Below, piece after piece: positions 9,810 through 18,508 of a stretch of 64,000 bases of DNA (the first letter of the stretch is position 1; every line of letters starts with the position of its first letter). Location of the stretch: the NCBI GenBank assembly GCA_040757555.1, contig JBFLWN010000007.1:9404-73403 (forward strand), written 5' to 3'. Under the pieces are notes generated by a model. That model had not been told where the DNA came from. It saw only the letters and a program-made list of their open reading frames with translations, and ran no database searches. Position numbers and translations under genes: made by a program. The DNA comes from Patescibacteria group bacterium. GTDB taxonomy: Bacteria > Patescibacteriota > Minisyncoccia > UBA6257 > GWB1-50-10.

Positions 9810-10805
9810 ATGTCTAAACCACTTTGTATTGCGGTGCTTATGGGAGGGCCTTCATTGGAACATGAGGTGTCTTTGAAAAGTGGTGAGATGGTGTTTCGAC
9901 ACCTTGATCGGAGCAAATATGAACCGGTGCGTGTAGTGATAGAAAAAAACGGTGATTGGAATATTCCCGCAGAAGAGGTAAAAAAGTTTTGTGATTGTGC
10001 GTTCGTGGCAATGCATGGAACATACGGAGAAGATGGAACGGTGCAGGGAATTTTAGAGCTCCATAAAATTCCGTACACGGGATCAAGTGTGCTTTCGAGT
10101 GCACTTGGAATGAATAAATTTTTATCACTCCGCGTGTTTCAAGATGGAGGACTTCTCATCCCGACAAGTATCCTTGTACACAAGGGGGAGTGGAGGGTGT
10201 CTCATGGTGAGGTGATGAAAAAGATAAAAAATCTTATCGAATTCCCATTAGTAGTGAAACCAAATAATCAAGGATCAAGTTTTGGAGTCACGATTGTAAA
10301 AAATGAAAAGAAGTTAAAAGAAGCGCTTGATGAGGTATTTGGGTTTTCAAAAGATATACTTGTAGAGAAATTTATTGAAGGAAGAGAGATAACATGTATG
10401 GTATTAGATCATGGGTGGGGAGAAAGTGCATTTCCTCTTCTTCCGACAGAGATTATTCATCGCGGAAGGACGTTTTTTGATTATAAAACAAGGTATGAAA
10501 AAAATGGATTGCACGAAGTTACTCCTCCTCAAAATATTTCGAAATCTATTATGGAAAAACTGAGATCAACAGCACTTACCGCACACAAACTTGTTGGTGC
10601 AAGTGGATTTTCACAAACCGATATGATTTTAGATAAAAACGGAGACGTGTATATTCTTGAAATAAATACAATTCCCGGGCTTACTGAAGAAAGTTTACTT
10701 CCAAAGGCTGCAGTGGTGTCCGGAATCGAATTTCAAAAACTTCTCTCAATTATTCTTGAAGCTGCACTTCATCGACATGGAAAGGGAGTGAAGGGTTGCC
10801 TTTAA
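9810..10805 (+). CDS. ddl: D-alanine--D-alanine ligase
   Basis: CIAVLMGGPSLEHEVSLKSG, AFVAMHGTYGEDGTVQG and an ATP-grasp C-terminus. Confidence 0.9.
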   Translation: MSKPLCIAVLMGGPSLEHEVSLKSGEMVFRHLDRSKYEPVRVVIEKNGDWNIPAEEVKKFCDCAFVAMHGTYGEDGTVQGILELHKIPYTGSSVLSSALGMNKFLSLRVFQDGGLLIPTSILVHKGEWRVSHGEVMKKIKNLIEFPLVVKPNNQGSSFGVTIVKNEKKLKEALDEVFGFSKDILVEKFIEGREITCMVLDHGWGESAFPLLPTEIIHRGRTFFDYKTRYEKNGLHEVTPPQNISKSIMEKLRSTALTAHKLVGASGFSQTDMILDKNGDVYILEINTIPGLTEESLLPKAAVVSGIEFQKLLSIILEAALHRHGKGVKGCL

Positions 10806-10833
10806 ACCTCTTTGTGGTGTAGACTAGAAAAAC

Positions 10834-12117
10834 ATGCATAATCGGAAAAATATATCTCTTATTCTTGTGGGCGTTTTTATTCTCTCGTTTATAGCGGGAA
10901 TTTTTGTGTACGAGCCATTTTGGAAGACGTTCAGTTCGTTTCGCCCATGGGGTTTGGGACTTGATCTTGCGGGGGGGAGTTATCTCACTTATGAAATTGA
11001 TTTGAGCCAGGTTGCTGAGGTGGATAAAGATTTCGTAGTAAAAGGACTTAGAGATGTTATTGAAAAACGCGTGAATCTCTTTGGGGTAAGTGAACCGCGC
11101 GTGTATAACGAAAGCACCGCGGGTGCTACTCGTCTTGTTGTGGAACTTGCCGGTATTAAAGATGTAAAAGAAGCAATAAAGCAAATTGGTGAAACCCCGT
11201 TTTTGGATTTTCGCGAAGTATCACAAGAAGGAACAAGTACTGTTTCATTTATTCAAACAGAACTCAACGGAAGGTATGTAAAAGGCGCTCAGCTGCAATT
11301 TGATAATATCACCGGTACTCCACAAGTGAGCATCGAATTCAATAGTGAAGGAGCGGATTTATTTGCCGAACTTACTGGGAGAAATGTAGGGCGCCCGGTT
11401 GCAATATTTTTGGACAATGAACTTGTTGAGATGCCGATGGTACAGGAAAAGATCACGGGAGGGAAAGCTCAAATTACAGGAAAATTTACTGTTGATGAGG
11501 CACGGAAGATGGTTGAGCGTTTTAATGCAGGGGCGCTTCCTGCACCAATCACTCTTGTGAATCAACAAACCATTAATTCTGATTTTGGAAAAGATTCACT
11601 TGATAAGGCGTTATTTGCAGGAGCACTCGGAACGCTTTTTGTGATTATATTTATGCTTGTTTTCTATCGATCATTGGGCATTTACTCAACCATTGCTCTT
11701 TTGATGTATGTAGCACTTGCGCTCGGTGTATTTAAATTATTTAACGTGACCATGACACTTGCGGGTATTGCTGGGTTTATTCTCTCAATTGGAATGTCGG
11801 TAGATGCAAATATTCTTGTGTTTGAACGAATGAAGGAGGAGTTGAGGCGGGGAGTGAGTAAAACCGCAGCAATTGAAGAAGGATTTCGCAGAGCATGGAC
11901 CTCAATTCGAGATTCAAATGTAAGCACACTCATCACTTCAGGGGTGCTCTATTTCTTCACTTCGAGTTTTGTGCGGGGGTTTGCACTCACATTGTTTATT
12001 GGAGTGATTGTAAGTATGTTTTCGGCAATTACCATTACTCGCACCCTTCTTCGCGTGTTTGTAAAAGACAAAAAAATAAATACATCAAAGCCAGTCGCAT
12101 CACAAACAATATCGTAA
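10834..12117 (+). CDS. secD: Protein translocase subunit SecD
   Basis: LGLDLAGGSYLTYEID motif and a C-terminal 6-TM domain. Confidence 0.9.
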   Translation: MHNRKNISLILVGVFILSFIAGIFVYEPFWKTFSSFRPWGLGLDLAGGSYLTYEIDLSQVAEVDKDFVVKGLRDVIEKRVNLFGVSEPRVYNESTAGATRLVVELAGIKDVKEAIKQIGETPFLDFREVSQEGTSTVSFIQTELNGRYVKGAQLQFDNITGTPQVSIEFNSEGADLFAELTGRNVGRPVAIFLDNELVEMPMVQEKITGGKAQITGKFTVDEARKMVERFNAGALPAPITLVNQQTINSDFGKDSLDKALFAGALGTLFVIIFMLVFYRSLGIYSTIALLMYVALALGVFKLFNVTMTLAGIAGFILSIGMSVDANILVFERMKEELRRGVSKTAAIEEGFRRAWTSIRDSNVSTLITSGVLYFFTSSFVRGFALTLFIGVIVSMFSAITITRTLLRVFVKDKKINTSKPVASQTIS

Positions 12118-12126
12118 TTAATTACC

Positions 12127-13029
12127 ATGGATGTCATTGCAAAACGTAATATATTTTTAGGATTTTCTGGAATCGTTGTTGTTGCGAGTCTCGTTGTCAT
12201 ATTCATATTTGGATTGAAGCCAGGGATAGATCTTGTCGGAGGAACACAATGGAATATCGCGGTGCAAAATGGAGACGCAAATGAAGTTACTATCAAAGAA
12301 ACAATGTTGGGAGTGAGTGATAGAGAAGTGATGGTAAAAACAACGAGTGACGGAACTTATCTTATTCGTATGCTCGACACAAACGAAGAGTTGCATCAAA
12401 GTTATTTCACTGCGCTTACGGCAAAATTTGGAGAAGTCGAGGAAAAAAGTTTCTCAAGTATTGGTCCTGCAATTGGATCGGAACTTCGTGCAAAAGCAAT
12501 TTGGGCGGTAATACTCGTGTTGTTCGGAATATCGGTTTATATTGCATTTGCATTTCGAAAGGTTTCACATCCGATACAATCATGGAAGTATGGCGTATCA
12601 ACACTACTCACTTTATTTCATGATGTGATTATCCCAGCAGGATTGTTGGCGATATTGGGACATATAGCGGGAGTTGAGATTGATACAAACTTTATTGTTG
12701 CACTTCTTGTGGTCATGGGATTTTCCGTGCACGATACGATTGTTGTGTTTGATAGAATTCGAGAAAACATTCTTCTCTCTCGCGGAAAGAATATTAATCT
12801 CAAAGATATAATCAATTTTAGTATTAAAGAAACAATGGTTCGTTCCATTAATACTTCACTTACTCTCGTACTTGTTCTTCTTGCGATGATATTTTTTGGT
12901 CCTTCACCACTTTTCTATTTTGTTCTTACTATAATGGTGGGTACAATTTTCGGAACGTACTCGTCAATTTTTGTGGCAAGTCCACTCCTTTATATTTGGA
13001 ACCAACAAAGTGTAAAAAAGTCCGTATAG
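12127..13029 (+). CDS. secF: Protein translocase subunit SecF
   Basis: GIDLVGGTQWNI motif and a TM domain; directly follows secD. Confidence 0.9.
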   Translation: MDVIAKRNIFLGFSGIVVVASLVVIFIFGLKPGIDLVGGTQWNIAVQNGDANEVTIKETMLGVSDREVMVKTTSDGTYLIRMLDTNEELHQSYFTALTAKFGEVEEKSFSSIGPAIGSELRAKAIWAVILVLFGISVYIAFAFRKVSHPIQSWKYGVSTLLTLFHDVIIPAGLLAILGHIAGVEIDTNFIVALLVVMGFSVHDTIVVFDRIRENILLSRGKNINLKDIINFSIKETMVRSINTSLTLVLVLLAMIFFGPSPLFYFVLTIMVGTIFGTYSSIFVASPLLYIWNQQSVKKSV

Positions 13030-13122
13030 AGCGGATTTTTTTTCATTTTTTTGTATAGAACTATAGGTATTTTTACCCCCTTGACCTATCGGCGGGTGGG
13101 GGGTTGACTCAAAAATGAAAAA

Positions 13123-14172
13123 GTGCTACTCTCTAAAGGTACACATAAGGGTAATATGGTAAAGAATTTAGATCAATTTATAGAGGAGTTGCTTTCCGAA
13201 TTTTCACCAAAGCAACAAAAGGTTCTTGTGGGCCGCTTCGGTTTAAAAACTGGAAAGCGGGCAACCCTTCAAGAGATCGGCGACGAGCTCGGTATTACAC
13301 GTGAGCGTGTTCGTCAGATTGAAGAGTTGGGGATAAAAAAACTTCGGGAAAAAACCAAAGAAAGAGCCGCTGATTTTATTGCAGAAGCGGAAAATCGACT
13401 TGGAGAAACCGAGGGAGTATATAAAGACGATCTTTTTATCGCCGATATGTATCGCAAGGGTGGTTTCTTACAGACAAAACATTGGGATACAAAAACACGA
13501 TTTATTTTCTTGGCAGCCGGATCTCCTTCATATCACAAAGAGGATGATGATTATCATGCATTTTGGTATGATGATAAGAAAAACGAAAAGCGTTTCTTTG
13601 ACTTTATAAAAAATGTTACCCATTTCTTGGAAATAAATGATAAAGAGAAGATTTCTAAGGAACCCTTATATGCTTCACAGTGCAAAGACTTGGCAACATG
13701 CCACCTCCTTTCTATTCCGAAATTTTTTGGAATTAATGTGTTTGGTGATTTTGGATTACGTACATGGGCTGAAATTGAACCAAAAACAATTCGAGACAAA
13801 GCATATCTTGCGTTAAAGAAAGTTGGAAAGCCGCTTCACTTTGAAGATATCGCAAAAAATATTTCAAAGTTGGGAATTGATAAGAGATCTGCTCATGTGC
13901 AAACCGTGCACAATGAAGTTATTAAAGACAGTAGATTTGTTCTTGTGGGTCGTGGAGTGTATGCACTTCAGGAGCATGGATACGAATCAGGAACTGTTCG
14001 TGAAGTAATTGATCGTCTTTTAAAATCAAAAGGACCCCTTCACTCAACCGACGTGGTAAAATTGGTAAACGAACAGAGATTTTTAAAAGAAAATACTATT
14101 CTTTTAAACCTACAAAACAGAAAGTACTTCAAACGCCTTGACGATGGAAAATACAGTATAAAAGAGGCATAA
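13123..14172 (+). CDS. Sigma-70 region 4 (HTH) domain protein with unknown C-terminal domain
   Basis: QKVLVGRFGLKTGKRATLQEIGDELGITRERVRQIEELGIKKLRE closely matches sigma-70 region 4; ~250 aa downstream are unrecognised. Confidence 0.45.
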   Translation: MLLSKGTHKGNMVKNLDQFIEELLSEFSPKQQKVLVGRFGLKTGKRATLQEIGDELGITRERVRQIEELGIKKLREKTKERAADFIAEAENRLGETEGVYKDDLFIADMYRKGGFLQTKHWDTKTRFIFLAAGSPSYHKEDDDYHAFWYDDKKNEKRFFDFIKNVTHFLEINDKEKISKEPLYASQCKDLATCHLLSIPKFFGINVFGDFGLRTWAEIEPKTIRDKAYLALKKVGKPLHFEDIAKNISKLGIDKRSAHVQTVHNEVIKDSRFVLVGRGVYALQEHGYESGTVREVIDRLLKSKGPLHSTDVVKLVNEQRFLKENTILLNLQNRKYFKRLDDGKYSIKEA

Positions 14173-14197
14173 CCCATCATTTATCCATTTACCCATA

Positions 14198-14228
14198 ACA
14201 CCCCCCATCTCGAAATGATGGGGGGTGT
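14198..14228 (+). terminator. Strong hairpin (12-bp perfect stem), weak U-tract
   Basis: acaccccccatc-tcgaaat-gatggggggtgt. Confidence 0.4.
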
Positions 14229-14330
14229 TGTATGGTCGGATGAGGGATGGGGGATAAACAATATGGTGCGAGAGTGATTTATTGAAGTTTTCTCTAAAAA
14301 GTCCGATAATGTACTTATCATCAGGTTTTT

Positions 14331-15749
14331 TTGTTAACTATGATTAAGAAATCGCTTGGGGCAATAGGGGAAATCATTATCCACTTTTTCAAACAACAGG
14401 AGGCGTGGCTCATTCTGTTTCTCCTCGGCATAAGTGGTCTTTTTTTCATTACTCTTCCTTCCGTCTCGTTATGGGAAATTATTGATTTTCTCCTCCTTTT
14501 TCTTTCCTATACGTGGTGGCTTTGGTTTTTTCTTATTGTATTTCCATTGTTTCACTCAACATTCCTATTTTGGAGAAACGAAGAATTCAAAAAAGATTTG
14601 AAATTTATCCTTCTTGAGATTCTTATTCCGCGCGAGGTCCAAAAAAGTCCACAAGCCATGGAACAGGTACTTGCCGCGCTTCACTCTCTTCGAAATTCTC
14701 CCGGAGATATTAAGGAAACATATTACGAAGGAGAGGTAACGGTTCCGTTTGGACTCGAAATGATTAGCTTCGGGGGAGAGATTCACTTATATGTTCGTTG
14801 TCAGAAAAAACAACGCAACCTTGTTGAGGCGGCATTTTTTTCATATTACCAGGATGTAGAATTTACTGAAGTTGAAGATTATGTAAAACAATTTCCACAA
14901 TCAATGGAAGAGGTATATGCACAGGATAAGGATATATGGGGGACAGAAATGGTGCTCGCAAAACCGGCGGTGTATCCAATTAAGTCATATACCACTTTTG
15001 AAAGCGAGGCCGAGGCAAAACAATTTGACCCCATTTCCACATTTTTAGAAGTGTTGGGAAAGATAAATAAACAAGAAATTGTCGGAATTCAATTTCTTAT
15101 CGCTCCTGCGGGGAACGAGTGGAAAGATAAATATAAAGATGTGATGGATGAACTACAGGAACCCGCGACAGCAGAAATTGAATCTGACGAAGGGAGTCGA
15201 AAAATTCCCATTTCGCGTACCCCCGGTCAGTATGATGTATTGGAAGCAGTGGAAAGAAATCTCTCAAAACCCGCATTTGATACCATGCTTCGTTTTGTTT
15301 ATATGTCCCCAAAAGCGACGTATTATGATAGTTTTGCCCGAAGAGGTCTTGTTGGTGCATTCAATCAATATGCCGCGTTAAACCTTAATTCTTTTAAGCA
15401 AAATTATAATGTAAGCACAAGAACGCAAATTTGGAATTGGCCCCATATATTTCCAAAAATTAGAAATCAATTTAGAAAACAGCGTCTTCTTCGCAATTAT
15501 TTAATACGCGAAATACCACCGGAAACATGGATGGGTCGCTTTATCACCTCTTATATATTTAATTTTAATTTTTCAACAAAACGTTTTTTGATGAATATCG
15601 AGTGTCTTGCAACCCTTTTTCACCTTCCGACAATGGTGGTGTTGACTGCTCCTCATATCAAGCGCAATGAAAGTAAGAAAGCCGGTCCGCCCGCTGGAAT
15701 TGCAATATTCGGTGAAGACGCGGAATTAGAAGATTTTTATAAAAAATAA
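14331..15749 (+). CDS. Hypothetical membrane protein (N-terminal TM helices)
   Basis: 472 aa. Hydrophobic N-terminal ~80 aa with a large soluble remainder and no recognisable motif; first gene of a three-gene cluster ending in the VirD4-like ATPase. Confidence 0.5.
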   Translation: MLTMIKKSLGAIGEIIIHFFKQQEAWLILFLLGISGLFFITLPSVSLWEIIDFLLLFLSYTWWLWFFLIVFPLFHSTFLFWRNEEFKKDLKFILLEILIPREVQKSPQAMEQVLAALHSLRNSPGDIKETYYEGEVTVPFGLEMISFGGEIHLYVRCQKKQRNLVEAAFFSYYQDVEFTEVEDYVKQFPQSMEEVYAQDKDIWGTEMVLAKPAVYPIKSYTTFESEAEAKQFDPISTFLEVLGKINKQEIVGIQFLIAPAGNEWKDKYKDVMDELQEPATAEIESDEGSRKIPISRTPGQYDVLEAVERNLSKPAFDTMLRFVYMSPKATYYDSFARRGLVGAFNQYAALNLNSFKQNYNVSTRTQIWNWPHIFPKIRNQFRKQRLLRNYLIREIPPETWMGRFITSYIFNFNFSTKRFLMNIECLATLFHLPTMVVLTAPHIKRNESKKAGPPAGIAIFGEDAELEDFYKK

Positions 15750-15755
15750 CAGATT

Positions 15756-16286
15756 ATGGAATGGATAAAAGAAACAATTTCTTATATTGTGGGCATAGAC
15801 TGGAAAAGTATTTTTTATATTGTGCGGTGGATATTTATCACGCTCGATATTATTTTGGTTATTCTTTTTGTGTTGGTATTTCGAAAAGCACTTGAACATC
15901 GTCCGAAATTTACTGCATTTCCGGGAGGAAAAAAATCGAAGAAAAAGCGTGCTGAAGCGAAGAAGTTTGATTTTACTCCGCAGTGGAAAAAGATCCTTAC
16001 GACCGTTGAGGCGGGGGGATCGGACGCATCACTCCTTGCAATTATTGAAGCCGATAAGCTTGTTGATACCGCACTCAAAAATCTCAAGTTTGAAGGAGAA
16101 TACATTGCGGAACGACTTGAACGCGCAGGAAAGGTTATGGATTTAAAAACAATCGATGATGTGTGGCGCGTACATCGGATTCGTAACAATCTCGTACATA
16201 CTCCGGGGTTTCAAATTTCTCAGTCTCAAGTAAATGATGTGCTAAAGGTATATGAGAAGTTCTTAAAAGAGTTAAATGTATTATGA
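15756..16286 (+). CDS. Hypothetical single-TM protein
   Basis: 176 aa. TM segment IFYIVRWIFITLDIILVILFVLVF then a Lys-rich linker; its end overlaps the start of the downstream ATPase by 4 nt. Confidence 0.5.
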   Translation: MEWIKETISYIVGIDWKSIFYIVRWIFITLDIILVILFVLVFRKALEHRPKFTAFPGGKKSKKKRAEAKKFDFTPQWKKILTTVEAGGSDASLLAIIEADKLVDTALKNLKFEGEYIAERLERAGKVMDLKTIDDVWRVHRIRNNLVHTPGFQISQSQVNDVLKVYEKFLKELNVL

Positions 16287-17752
16287 GTTTACGGAAAGGT
16301 ACTAAAATTCAACTCATTAAATATGCGCCCCCGCCGCCGGATCTTCCTATTTATGGACAAATAGATCCGAAGGAGGTTTCGTTTATCGGACGCACTAATT
16401 ATGTTGCCGCACTTGAAACGAAAAATTTTATTTTTGGGTTAAAGAGGGTTGACCGCCGACGACATACTTACGTGATCGGAAAAAGCGGTGTGGGGAAATC
16501 AAAATTATTAGAGTTGCTTGTTCGGCAGGATATTGCCTATGGATATGGATTGTGTCTCATTGATCCGCACGGAGAAACAATTGAAGACATTCTTCCCTCA
16601 ATACCAAAAGATCGGATTGATGATGTGTGTATTATTGACCCCTCAGATTCCGAATATCCGGTTTCATTCAATCCGCTTGCGAATATTGATCCTTCGTTTA
16701 AACATCAACTCACCCAAGGATTGATTGAAGTTATGGAAAAACAATTTGGTGCAAACTGGACACCGCGTCTCGAACACGTTTTTCGATTCACGTGTCTTGC
16801 ACTTCTTGATTATCCGCATGCAACAATGCGCGGAATGATTTCTCTTCTTTCCGACAGAAATTATCGACAAAAAATAGTGGAATATATTGAAGATGACATG
16901 GTAAAACGTTTCTGGGCAATTGAATTCACCGATTGGTCGGAGAAGTTTGATACTGAGGCTATTATTCCTTTGGTAAACAAACTTGGGCAATTTCTTTCGA
17001 ATCCAATGCTTCGAAATATATTCGGACAGAAAGAAAATAAGGTTGATCTTGCGAAACTTATGCAGGAAAAGAAAATTGTGCTCATTAATCTTTCGAAAGG
17101 AAAAATTGGGGAAGAAAACTCAAGTTTCTTTGGATCAATGTTTGTGACGAAGATAAAACAGGCGGGTATGGAACGCGCATCACTTCCTCCCTCGGAGCGC
17201 CATGATTTCTATCTGTATGTTGATGAGTTCCAAAATCTTGTTACCGATACATTTGAAAACCTCCTTTCGGAAGCCCGAAAGTACGGCATTTGTCTTACTA
17301 TGGCACACCAATATGTAGGACAACTACTTCCAAAAGTACAGGCAGCAGTACTCGGAAATACAGGAACGATTATTGTTTTTCGTGTGGGTGGTGAAGATGC
17401 AGTGAAGTTAAAACCGGAAATGGAGCCTATTTTTGATGTAAAAGATATGATCAACCTTGGTATGGGACAGATTTACATTAAAATGACCATTGATGGGGAA
17501 ACATATGACCCGTTTTCTGCTGAAACCTTACGAGTGCTTCCTTCTCCTCACGAATCATATCGTCAGGAGATTATTGAAAGATCGCGACAAAGATATTCAA
17601 TCCCCGCCGATGCCGCAAAAAAACTTATGCAAGAGGAAGAATCATCTATTATTCGAAGTGCCCAGGAAAAGGCAATTATCAGTGGTGGTGCGAAAGGAGG
17701 GGAATCATCCTCTCAAGTTGTTGCGGATAAAAATTTAGAGCCACTTATATAA
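16283..17752 (+). CDS. VirD4/TraG-type coupling-protein-like P-loop ATPase (soluble, no N-terminal TM), paralog 1
   Basis: Walker A GKSGVGKSK, LIDPHGE and Walker B FYLYVDEFQN, plus a TraG-D_C-like AHQYVGQL region. Confidence 0.55.
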   Translation: MSLRKGTKIQLIKYAPPPPDLPIYGQIDPKEVSFIGRTNYVAALETKNFIFGLKRVDRRRHTYVIGKSGVGKSKLLELLVRQDIAYGYGLCLIDPHGETIEDILPSIPKDRIDDVCIIDPSDSEYPVSFNPLANIDPSFKHQLTQGLIEVMEKQFGANWTPRLEHVFRFTCLALLDYPHATMRGMISLLSDRNYRQKIVEYIEDDMVKRFWAIEFTDWSEKFDTEAIIPLVNKLGQFLSNPMLRNIFGQKENKVDLAKLMQEKKIVLINLSKGKIGEENSSFFGSMFVTKIKQAGMERASLPPSERHDFYLYVDEFQNLVTDTFENLLSEARKYGICLTMAHQYVGQLLPKVQAAVLGNTGTIIVFRVGGEDAVKLKPEMEPIFDVKDMINLGMGQIYIKMTIDGETYDPFSAETLRVLPSPHESYRQEIIERSRQRYSIPADAAKKLMQEEESSIIRSAQEKAIISGGAKGGESSSQVVADKNLEPLI

Positions 17753-17808
17753 CCCCCGACTTTCCATTATAAAAAGGTGCGGGGAAAGGTCGAGCACAAT
17801 ACAATATT

Positions 17809-18114
17809 ATGGTACTTATTTATACTACGTGCCACGATGAAGAATCAGCAAGAAAGCTTGCGGGGATGATTATTGAGAAAAAACTTGCTTCATGTGTAAA
17901 TATTTGGCGCATTGGATCAATTTTTAAATGGGAGGGACAGTTGAAAGAAGAGAAAGAAGTTGCGGTGTTGATAAAAACAGTTGAGACAAAGGTGCAACAA
18001 ATTGAAGATTTTATTTCATCGATACGTGAGTATGCGATTCCATTCGTGGGGGTTTTAAATATCTTTCGTGTGAATAGGGAATATAAAGAGTGGATGGCAA
18101 AAGTGATTGAATAA
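17809..18114 (+). CDS. cutA: Divalent-cation tolerance protein CutA
   Basis: 101-aa CutA1 fold signature (VLIYTTCHDEESARKLAGMIIEKKLASCVNIW, IKTVETKVQQIEDFI). Confidence 0.85.
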   Translation: MVLIYTTCHDEESARKLAGMIIEKKLASCVNIWRIGSIFKWEGQLKEEKEVAVLIKTVETKVQQIEDFISSIREYAIPFVGVLNIFRVNREYKEWMAKVIE

Positions 18115-18212
18115 ACATGTGGAAAAAAGATGATAAAAACACACAAATTCGGTGTGCATGTCGTTCATTGTAGGGATTTTGTTAGTTTGTTTCCAAAAAC
18201 TAGAAATTATGG

Positions 18213-18218
18213 TATAAT
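18213..18218 (+). promoter_or_regulatory. Extended -10 element (TGgTATAAT)
   Basis: tggtataat lies 12 nt upstream of a small ORF ATG; the -35 is weak. Confidence 0.3.
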
Positions 18219-18229
18219 CAAAAAAGATA

Positions 18230-18403
18230 ATGTTTATTCCACAATTAATCATTGGAATAGGAGTATTAATTTTTTCGCTTCTTTTTGTCTCGGTATTTGT
18301 GATGTTACATAAAATGAGGCTTCTTAAACACATCATTGCAAAACTTGAGGGGGAAGAAAAAGATGTTGATGATAGCCAGTGGGGAGATTCGGAGGGGAAT
18401 TAA
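18230..18403 (+). CDS. Small hypothetical membrane protein (57 aa)
   Basis: MFIPQLIIGIGVLIFSLLFVSVFVML TM followed by an acidic tail. Below the ORF-track cutoff; flanked by a promoter-like element and a terminator. Confidence 0.3.
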   Translation: MFIPQLIIGIGVLIFSLLFVSVFVMLHKMRLLKHIIAKLEGEEKDVDDSQWGDSEGN

Positions 18404-18432
18404 ATAGGGGGGTTGTATTTTCATATATGATA

Positions 18433-18453
18433 CCACGTGAGCGTGGTTTTTTT
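18433..18453 (+). terminator. Intrinsic terminator
   Basis: ccacg-tgag-cgtgg followed by ttttttt. Confidence 0.6.
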
Positions 18454-18508
18454 GTTGAAAAAAACAGAGAGAGGTATAAAGTATAACTAGTAAGAATAGT
18501 TGCTGATT

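Noticed and set aside
13060-13122. Promoter-like TTGACC/TTGACT repeats upstream of the sigma-HTH protein
   Set aside because: -10 candidates (tactct) are weak and the spacing is ambiguous; not reported as a feature.
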